A DNA stretch of 64,000 bases from the human T2T-CHM13v2.0 reference genome, Homo sapiens. Under the pieces are notes generated by a model. The model searched no databases, was not told the origin of the DNA, and worked only from the letters and a program-made list of their open reading frames with translations. The position numbers and the translations under genes were made by a program. The stretch lies in assembly GCF_009914755.1 (NCBI RefSeq), contig NC_060935.1; one strand, written 5' to 3'. This document shows positions 11,601-22,025 of the stretch, piece after piece (the first letter of the stretch is position 1; the number at the start of each line of letters is the position of its first letter).

Positions 11601-14483
11601 ACATGTGTGCACATGTGCACAGGGGTGGGGAAGGCAGTGGGGTAGACACTCACTGCCCCCACAGTACCGGGGAGCTGGGCATGACTGAGAGCCTGAGAAG
11701 AGGACAGAGAATGGAGAGGGAGAAAAGGAGTCTGCCTAGTCATTTTCAAGAGTGTGCGTGAAGAAGGGGTACAGTAGTGGGAGAAAGAGAAAGACACCTA
11801 AGGAGGGAATGAGAGAGCAAGCACATCACCAGGAAGCATGCAGAGTGGAAGCCGCGGGATGGAGGGATGGAGCTGAGAGAGGTGAGTGTGCAAGAGGAAG
11901 GCATGCAGGTGTGTGAGCCTGGAGGTGTGCGTCCGCCCCTGCAGGGCTGTGTGAGACAGAGGCAGGCCACGTGCCCGGGTGACTGTGCGTGGGAACATGC
12001 ATGTGCATCGGGGAGCATGTGGCTATGACAAGTGAGCACAAACACGAGTGTGCGAGAGCACATGTGGGGGGTGTCCCAGGGGCTGTGAGGCAGCATGCCT
12101 GGCTCTGGGGCATTGGGGGGAGCTCCCAGGGAGTGTTGGTGATGCTGAGGACGTTTCCACCAAGAAAGCTCTGATGGGACTGTATGACCTGTCCTGTGTT
12201 GGCTCAGATCTGGGTGATCGTGGTGGCTCGGAGTGTTGGCCATGTTGCCCCCATCCGAAGGTGGGTGTGGGAACGAATGAGCCACCAGGCATGGCTGGCC
12301 CTCACTCTGCCTCGCCTCTGGGTAAGACAGAGAGTGGAAAGAGTACTTGAGGGCTGGATTTTTATACCATCATTATGCAATTGCCTGCAGTGCTCATGGG
12401 CTCCTTCTAAAGGCCTAACACTCCAACTCTCTTGGCCTACAAACTCCCATTTCCTTTTATGTCCAAGTTGCAGTACAGGTCAGTGTCCTTGACAAACATT
12501 TGTGGAAGTCTACTCTACACCAGGCTCTGGTGTAGAGTAGATTTCCACAAATTCAATGTGAATTTACCCTATTCACAATGTCAAACCATTCCCCAGTTCT
12601 TTCCCATCCCCCTCTTCATGGCTTTAATTGTCTTCATAGCACTTACTACTATTAACCATACTATGTGGCATGACTTACTTGTTTTATTTGTTGTCTATTT
12701 TTCCTTAATAGCAAATGTCTGTACAGCATTTGCTATATGCCAGGCACTGTTCTAAGCTTTCTGTTAATTCACTGAATCCTCTAACAACTCTGCACAGCAG
12801 TGAATATTGTTCTTGCTATATTGTGAATGGGGGGTCCAGAAAGATTCAGTAGCTTGTCCATGATCATCTACTGGTAAGTGGTGGGGCCAAGCTGAGGTCC
12901 AGAGTCCCTGTTCTTGACTAGCACATAATACTGTCCTGGGAGGGTGGGAACTGTTTTCAGTTTGGATTTCTGTTCAATCTCTAGTGCTTACAACAGTGCC
13001 CAGCACATGTAGGTGCTCAATCAGTAGTGACAGAATGAAGAAATGAGTGAATACATGCTGGACATGGAGGATGCAGAAATGAAACAGAGAGGTCCTTGCC
13101 TTCAGAGAGCTCATGACCCCATGGAGGAGGCAAATAATTACTGCAATCCCCTATCAGGACAGCATCGTGGGAGTCTAGAGGGTCACACAACTTGCTCGGC
13201 CTCTGCAAGCAGGACTTCCCAGAGGAAGGACACAGATAGGGACAGGCACAGGGACGTTGTCTACCTCCTCCAAACTCCTGTCTGGAACAAACACACCTAA
13301 ACTCTTTCTGCCTCAGTCCACAGGGTGCCAGAAGATGACAGTGGCTCCATGGGGACAACAGAGGCAGAACAAGGTAGCGGTGACGACACGGGCTACTGAG
13401 AGAGACTGCCTGGAGTGAATCCTCCCTCTACCAGCTAAGTGACCTTGGACAGACTGCCTAAGCTCCCTGGGCCTTGGTCCTCTCATCTGTAAGAAGGGGT
13501 AGCAAATGACACTGATTTCCTAGGATATTCCATGACCAAAACTCTTCTATTCTACACTGGTTGCTTGCTTTTGGGGAGAAATGGGAGAGAACATTGGGAT
13601 TTAACCTATTATGCTTATTACTGCAGCCTCTCTGCTGCGGCTTCATCCCATTTTGCAGAAGCAGCTCAGAGCTGAAGTTGTCCATGAACTTTCCTTAGGG
13701 AAGGGACTATGTCTGTTTTATTTACCGCTATATATCTAGCACCTAGTACCTGAGACCTAGTAGGTGCTCAATAAGTACTTGAGTGAATGACTGAGTGGTT
13801 ACATTTATTTATTCCCCCAGGACACTTGTGAGGATAAATATTCATATTGCTATTGTTTCTGCTCACAGATGAGGGACTGGAGCTCCAGCAAGGTTAAGTG
13901 ACTTGTGCATAAACACACAGCCTGAAGCAGAACAGGCGGACTCAAACGCCAAATCCCATGCTCTTTCTTCCTCCACACCGTGCTACTCTCTGGACTCCTA
14001 TTCATCCTGTCCTATTTTCTGCAGATTTCTTCTAGTCAGTGGTGCCATCCCTGATTGTAGAGTCATCTCCGAATTCTATGACTCATATCTGAATCACAGA
14101 ACTGTTTAATAGTTGAAGGGGACTTCTGATGTCATCTGGACCTCCCATCCATTGTGGAAATTTCCTCTCCATTGTCTATCTATCTAGTACTTGAATGCCT
14201 CCTGTGACGGAACACGCATTTCTTCCTCTGGAATTATTGAGTTCTATGACTGGACCACTTTTAGAGTCAGAGAGTTCTGCGTCTATGGGCCAAAGGCCTG
14301 TTTTTAATTTCAATGCCTTGGGCTTACGTCATCCTAAGATACACAGAATAGATCTGCTGCCCCTTCCGCAAGACAGCCATTCAGATATTCAGGAAGTTCT
14401 CACATCTTTTCAGAGAATTCTCTTCTAGACAGACGGTCCCATCTTAGACCGTCTCAACAGGCTGTCCCAAGTGTTTTGAGCAA

Positions 14484-14516
14484 TGGCACCCCCTACTGGT
14501 TAAGGTATGAACTGCA
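14484..14516 (-). promoter_or_regulatory. CTCF motif with upstream module
   Basis: Minus strand TGCAGTTCA-TACCT-TAACCAGTAGGGGGTGCCA: core motif plus the TGCAG upstream module at canonical spacing. Confidence 0.7.
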
Positions 14517-14630
14517 TCAAAGGGCTTCCTCAGGAGCTGGGGCACTGAGTGTGGTGTGAATAAAATACCACTTATTTTGAAGAGTCATCGCTTTAGACTC
14601 ATACCTGGTTGTTTCCAATGTCTATCTTAA

Positions 14631-15046
<416 letters not shown>

Positions 15047-15841
15047 CAAAAGACTTGTCTTCTAACAAAATGTTCAGAAGGAGAGATATGAAAATATATG
15101 CTATGTTACAGGATTATGGCGATTTTTCTTTTTTTATTTGTATTTATTTTCTAATATTTTGACAGTTAACCTTTTGTTATAAGAAGGAAAAGAACAATAA
15201 AAACTTATAAAAAAATGTAAAACTCTCCCCCCACCCCTTCTTTTTCTTCCTTCTGAGGCTGTTTATCATGGCGTGGGTCATGGGGCTACAACTGGGACGA
15301 GCTGCCACCCTGTGGGCAAGAGTGCCTTGGTAATATCTCCACGGTGGCTGCAATGGCTTGGCTCCCTGCAACTGTGGTCAACTGGACTCAAGCAGCACAG
15401 TTTCACCCTCAAGCCGGGCTTCTCAACAGGGAGGTCAGGTAGTTCTCCACATCCCCCACCCCATCCTTGGCTCATGCTGCCTTCAGGTTTTGCTTCCTAC
15501 CCTTACCTCTTGAAGTCAGCCCAGCCCTGAACGGTCAGTGGTCATTCCCTAGGAGCCCTGTACTCCTCAGCTCTTCGTCCTTCTTTTCACTTCCTAGCAC
15601 ACCTTCAATTGCCTGCTCTTCCCTCCATGTGAGCCTAGAGCAGCTCCAAGTGATAACAGGTCAGAAGGCATCAGGGATTAGAAAAACAAGTCCCCATTTA
15701 AACGAAGAGCTATGGAGCAGCTGCATGGATATTCTTGCGCAAGTTCACAGCTAGCTAGGCTTTACTCCAGCCCCAGCTTCAGCCGGGGCATTGTCTCTCC
15801 ATTCTGAGGTCTGGGAGGAGCTGGGTGCTGAGAAGACTCAC

Positions 15842-15918
15842 CCGGTAGCCTCTCACTGCAGCACATGTCCAGGGCCCCTCCCTCGGAGTCATCAGCAGCG
15901 TGGTTCTCTCTCTCACTC
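15842..15918 (-). CDS. PTPN5: PTPN5/STEP61 exon 3 (77 nt): (R)SERENHAADDSEGGALDMCCSERLP(G)
   Basis: Acceptor TTCTTACCTTTTCCATCCTGCTGCAG| and donor CGG|GTGAGT (15841-15836). Translation matches the recalled STEP61 sequence, including the internal MCCSERL (ATG 15866-15864). Absent from the ORF track because the exon is short. Confidence 0.95.
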
Positions 15919-16140
15919 CTGCAGCAGGATGGAAAAGGTAAGAATATGCTGTTGAGCCAGGATCAAGACAAAAACCCTGAGCAAAGATAAGAAGGCTCCC
16001 TCTCCTGTATTCTGTATCCCTTTGAATAACCCCACCCCATCAAAGGGACCTGAGGAAAATACCAGCCTGTTGAGGGGTCAAGCTGCAGAGGCAGGAGCAG
16101 AATTTTGCAGGTGTCTTCCTTGTGGAATCAGTGGCAGCAG

Positions 16141-16181
16141 TATCATCACAACCATCATCATCATCATCACCATCATCATCA
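16141..16181. repeat. (ATC/ACC)n trinucleotide repeat
   Basis: tatcatcacaaccatcatcatcatcatcaccatcatcatcacc, adjoining a MIR. Confidence 0.85.
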
Positions 16182-19100
16182 CCTCTACAGTAGGAGGATT
16201 TACTATACGCAAGCACTTTGCAAACTTTATCACATTAAATCCTCACCATGACCTCATGAATGAGGGATCATTAAACAGGCTCAGAGAGGTTAAGTAACTT
16301 GCCCAAGGTCACACAGCTCAATAGAATAGAGATGAGTTTGAAATTATGACCTAGGACTCCAGGCTCATGCTCTCGCTGTTGTGCCATTCTGTCTCCTAGT
16401 TCCAGTAGTTTTGAACCATGGGTGGACAAGAAGAGGGCTCTGAGTAACCCACAATCCTGTGTCCAGCTCTCCAAGATATGCAAGTCCCCTCTGCCCCAGG
16501 CAGTGAAAAGTGGTATGCAGAACTCTTCTCCAGAATAGCTAGAAAAAGTAGTTACATACATGTTTTGTATAGTCTAAATGTTTCCTTCCTGAAATCAGAG
16601 AACCCTCTTTCTAGCCTATTAGGGCACCTTATAGGAGAGTATGGGGGTCTAGTTTTTCTCCTTTACCTGGCAAGCTGGAAAAATGTTGCTGGAGATCAGC
16701 TAGACCCCATGAAGCATCTTGAGAGTAGACATATCTTGAGGGCAACCACTTGACTCACAGGGGGTCCCCTACCCTGGGAATGGCCTGAAATGCAGCGTGG
16801 GCTCCAGTGGCCTTGTCTGCCTTTCATGTCTCTGACCCTTGGCAGTAGCTGATGACTGATCCAAGGCTGAACACACAAACCAGCCTGGGTCAATCAGATC
16901 CTCTCCCTTGCACACTGAAAATGCATTCTGATGCATTTTGCTGGTGCTGAATCATGGTAGCCACAGTGCCCTGGAGAGAAGACCTGCTGCTGAGGGCCTG
17001 AGAGCTGCCTTGTTCCCATCTGTACTGAGTCTTGGACAATATGCCCTTCAAGACCATAAGATGGCCGTGGATCCTTCCAATAAATCCCCACATTTTAGCT
17101 TACGCCAGTGGGATGTGATTTCTGAAACTGGCAACCAAAAGAACCTTTGACATAGCCTTGCTAGCATACTTTCAGGAATTCCAGAGGCTCAGCTGCTTCT
17201 CTGCCCCCAAGTCCTGCTATCCTGCTTCTTGGACTGGCCCTAGGGCCAGTTTCAGGCCCAATTCCAGATTTTAAATAATTAAGGGCAGAGAGGTCAGGTT
17301 CAGGGTGGCCCTTCTCCCTCTGATATCTTCTTTTTCAACTGGCATTATATCATTTTATTTTTTTCCTCAACCCAATTGCCAGGGTCTCTGAGAATCACAA
17401 GTCCTAGAGCCCAGCACTCCTGCAGAGAGGAGGTCACTTCCTTCAAGGTAACTTTAAGTGCATTCTTTAAATGTCTCTGGAGTCCCTCCACATTTCTCCC
17501 TCCCCATCTTGGTCCCAGCCACCATCATCTCTTGCCTAGATTGCTGTGGCAATATTTTAACTGGTTGCTGGCATCCACTCGGGCTGGCCTCCAAAACATT
17601 CTCCACATGGCTCCAGTGCTTATGGCACAGAAAATCTGTGCAGTTTACAAACTGCACAACTGGATGTGGAAGTCCCCTCTGCCCCAGGCAATGGAAAGTG
17701 GCATGGTGAACGCTTCTCCAGAAGAGAGGAGCTAGAATCAATTCCTCAGAACTCAACGTTTATCACATAACCTTTCTTGAAAAAATATTTTCATGGCATC
17801 CTTATTGTACTTAGAACAAAGAAAAATCCTTTGGCATAGTTCATAGATGTTGGGTGGTCTGGTCCCTGTGGATCCCTCCAGGCTTACCCTAAGTCCCTCT
17901 CCCTCTTGACCTCTGCACTCCAGCCACACTGGGAAGGCTCTTTCCTCACAGCACCTTCCACATGCTTTTCTCTCACATGGTATGCACTTGACACGGTTAG
18001 AAATGTCACTGTAATATATGCCATTATTCAACATCTGTCTCCATCATTAGACTGTGGCTTTCATGAAGGCAGGGTCCACTATTTCTGTTTTATTTACCAT
18101 TGTATCTTCAAAGCCTCGCACAGTGCCTGGTTCGTAGTAGGATGTTCAATAAATAAACACTTATGGAATAAGTAAATGTTGACCTGACGTTCTTGAGAAA
18201 ACATTAGGAATCTCAAACACAGCCATCATCTGAGCTGCTTTGTGGACGGGTCTTTGCTAAGTAGCTGGGAGCTCTCCTCCACAGCTGTTGTCCACAGAAG
18301 TCAGAGATTCACAGATCTGGAAGGCCTCTCATTTTACAGAGGAGAAACTGAGCCAGAGAATGGGGTCTGACTTGCCCCACATTTTATACTGAGTTGGTGG
18401 TGGCCACAGGGATTGTGTTTGAGAGCACCCACCCCCAACCTTCCAATCCTAAACTTGTTCTTTCCTTACCCTAACGAGCACCTAGCTGGATGGCAGCCCA
18501 TGAGGGCTGACCCCTGGCTGGGTACAGAAAGGCACAGTATCCAGATACCTCTGGAAGGGGACCCATGTGTGACTCACACCTGCTTTCACACCTTAAGCCT
18601 CTCAGGCCCCAAGCTGTGTTCAGAATAGCTCAGTGCTTCATGTGTGCAGTGGACTCTATAAATAAGCTTCCTAGAAAATGACTAATTTCATAACCAGAAA
18701 AGCAGAACGAGTAGCACCTCTTGACTGCAAAGGAAAATGGAGCAAGAGCCTCTGCTGCTCTTCCCTGTAGTCGAAGGACTCCAGGCAACCCCAGCCACAG
18801 CCTGCGTGTCTAGACTGTCCAGAGGAGGGTTTAATTAGCTTTCCAAAGAAAATACATGGCCCATTCAGGCTGGATGGGGAACCCAGTCTCTGGGCGCTGC
18901 CTTCCTCCCTCCCCACCAAGAGCAGAAATAGCTGCTTTTATTGGATTGCTAAGGCTCCTGCTCTCTCCTTCCCCACTTCTATCAGCCAGGCAACAGGAAC
19001 AGAACACTGGCCTGTGACAACAGCAGCCACTTGCTGGGCTGCCCCCACCACTGCTTCCCTTATAACCAGAGACCACCAGGGATGAAGGGACTTGGAAATC

Positions 19101-19427
19101 ACCCAGCCTGCCCCCACTTCACTGATGGAGGATGTCCCGGAGTGAAAGTAGCTTCCCAAAGCCATCGTCGCATTCAACAGGCGTGTGCTGAGCACCTCCT
19201 GTGAGCAAGGCCTGGAGCTGCCCTAGGAATACAGTGATGAATAATCCAGGCCCCTCCTTGCAGGCTCCCAGTCTTCTCAGGGAGACAGACATGCAGACAC
19301 GACTGTACCCTGATGCCTGCTTTAATTGATGTATGCATGTGACCATCCTGGGGAAGGCTCTGCTCATTTGTGGGAGGGGCAAGGGGAAGAGGAAGTCTTC
19401 TCCAAGGGGGAGACAGGAGCTGGTTTT

Positions 19428-19737
<310 letters not shown>

Positions 19738-20159
19738 CAGGGACTGGTTTTTAAAATATGTTTTTAGGTGAATGGGGGGTTGGGAAAAGGATTTCTTGGG
19801 TAGAGCAAATAGAAAGAGCAAGGCATGGAGGCCCAAGATGTGTGGAACATCTGGTGCCATCAGAAGTAGGCTGGTCAGTGGGATGGAGCAGCAGATGGGG
19901 GCTAGGCCTCAGCAGAGGCACGTGGGCAAGAAGCAGCCTAGAAGACAGGAATCCTGCCTCCTGGGGTGGCGGGGGAAGCCCTCTTCCACTTGATCATGTG
20001 GCTTCCCTGTGGCTTCCCTGCACTGAGAGTGATGCTGGCTCTCTCACACCTGGTCTGGCTGGGTAGGTCTGTAACAGGAAGTGGGGGAGCAGCAGCTTAC
20101 GTTTAAGGAATGGACTTTAGACCCAGCTGGTAGTGTCCGATCTGGTCTGAAACTACTCT

Positions 20160-20640
20160 TTTTACTGTGCTAAAATTCCCATAGCATAAAATTCAACATT
20201 TTGACCATTTTAAAGGGTACAATTCAGTGGCATTTAATACATTCATAATGTTGTGCAACCATCATAATGATCTGCTTCCAGAATATTTTTGTCACCCCAA
20301 AAGGAAATCCTGTACTCATTAAGGAGTCACTCCCTGTCCTCCTCCCCACAGCCCCTGGCAACGGCTTATTTGCTTTCTGTCTCTATGGGTTTGCCTATTC
20401 TGGATATTTCATATAAATGGAATCATAAAATATGTAGCCTTTTGTGCTTTTGTGTTTGGCTTCTTGCACTTAGCAAGTCCGTAGCATACATCAGTACTTC
20501 ATTCCTTTTCATGGATTCCTTTTCAAGGCTGAATAATATTCTACTGTAGGACAGACGATGTTTTATTTATCTATTCATCAGTTGAACATTTGGCTTGTTT
20601 CTACCTTTTGGCTATTTGTGAGTAGTGCTCCTGTGAACCA
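20160..20640 (-). mobile_element. Old L1M 3' fragment
   Basis: L1M 3' UTR motifs TACAATTCAGTGGCATTTAATACATTCA and CTATTCTGGATATTTCATATAAATGGAATCATA. Confidence 0.8.
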
Positions 20641-21973
20641 AACTGCTCTGTTTCCACTCTCCTCCCATCACACTTGTGGTTTTGGGCAATCCTTTCTGCG
20701 CTCTGGGTCTGAGGCCTCACTTATGAAAATATGGTGGTCAGACTCCAAGCCTGTTGTAACTTGAAGGTCATCACCTTCCTCTGCTCGTTCGTATGTGTGA
20801 AGGTAATGCGTTGTGCAGCTACGCCACCAGTGCTGGGTGCTGGAGATCCAGCCTAGACCACCCACCCCATTTTCTAGAAGTTCACGGCCAGTGCAGAAGA
20901 TACAGAACAGCTGCTGCCGTGGGCTGGGTGAAGTGTTCTAACAAAGGCACCGCCCCTCTGCCTGGGGGGTAGAGTGGGGGATGGGGGGTGCTATTAGGAG
21001 ACATCCTGGAGTCTCCTAACATGAAGTCCCAGCTTTGCCCAGGACTTATGCAGAGAAAGAGCTGGCTGGTTTGCTGAGCCAATCAGGGAGCCTGAGCCTG
21101 CTTCCAAGGTCGGTGAGGAGCAAGGGGGAACTGGGATGCTGAAGCCAGGATTCCTGGGTGTGAGGCTGAGCCAAGCCCAGGCAGACATGCCCTCTATCCT
21201 GGGCTTTGTGCTCCTGGTACCCCGTAAATACCCCTCACTGTCAACGTGGAGCTCCTACCACCCTCTTAAAGCTCCAACCCCACCTGACATCTCTATTCGC
21301 TGAATCAAACCTGTCCATTCCTCCCTTCGAGCCTTGTTTGTGCTGTTCCCTCAGCCTGGAAGATCCTCTTCCCCTTTTGTCAAATCTTACTCATTCTCCA
21401 AGGTGCGACTCAGGCGGTGCGTCTTCCACGGAGCACTCCCTGATCTCTCAGGAAGAACTGCGTCCTCCCACTTCTGGGCTCCCCCACACACCTGGTTCAT
21501 ATGTCCCTTTGTCTCTTACTTTGTTCTGCTGCTATAGTTAGCTGTGTATGCACCTGCCTCTCCCACCAACTTCCGACTCTGGAGCATCCTCACCCCCTCA
21601 ACCACCTCTGCATCCCAGGTGTTTAGCACAGGGCCTGAGCCTGTTGATGTACACCTTAAAGGCCAAATGCAGGGTAGTGGCAGGGTCTCAGGGTTGGTAG
21701 CTTTAGGGGCTCTAGGAAGGCAGACTCCAGCTAGGAGCATCCCAATTAAAGAAGATGGCCAAACCATAGCCAGGAAGAGGCCCATAATGCCATCCAGATT
21801 TTCATCAGCACGTTCAGCAGGCAGGGGCAGAGGGCATGCTGGTTTCACGGAAAAGGAATGATCAGGCTGAACACCTCATGAGAATGAGTCACGTGTCCCA
21901 GAGCATCCAGATGGAGAAGGCTTGGCCTCCTCAGTGGGCGGGTTGCAGGGGGACGGCGTAAACGCTCACTCAC

Positions 21974-21993
21974 CTGGCTCCCTCATAATTCAT
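21974..21993 (-). CDS. PTPN5: PTPN5/STEP61 first coding segment: MNYEGA(R)
   Basis: ATG AAT TAT GAG GGA GCC AG| with a phase-2 junction that joins exon 3 in frame. Matches the recalled human STEP61 N-terminus. Confidence 0.93.
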
Positions 21994-22025
21994 TCCCAAG
22001 GTGTCTGGATGGGGAAGGGTGCCAT
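21990..22025 (-). other. uORF MAPFPIQTPWE* overlapping PTPN5 Met1
   Basis: AAG ATG G context; 11 codons, then a TGA that shares bases with the main ATG (ATGA overlap). Confidence 0.8.

Noticed and set aside
11746-12350. His/Cys-rich ORFs and plus-strand donors (GAG|GTGAGT at 11882, TGG|GTAAGA at 12322) as an antisense gene
   Set aside because: The composition is explained by CA/TG alternation, and I could not build matching acceptors or a coherent exon chain.
16753-16790. Possible 26-nt minus-strand microexon
   Set aside because: No real pyrimidine tract, a weak donor context and a frame-shifting length.
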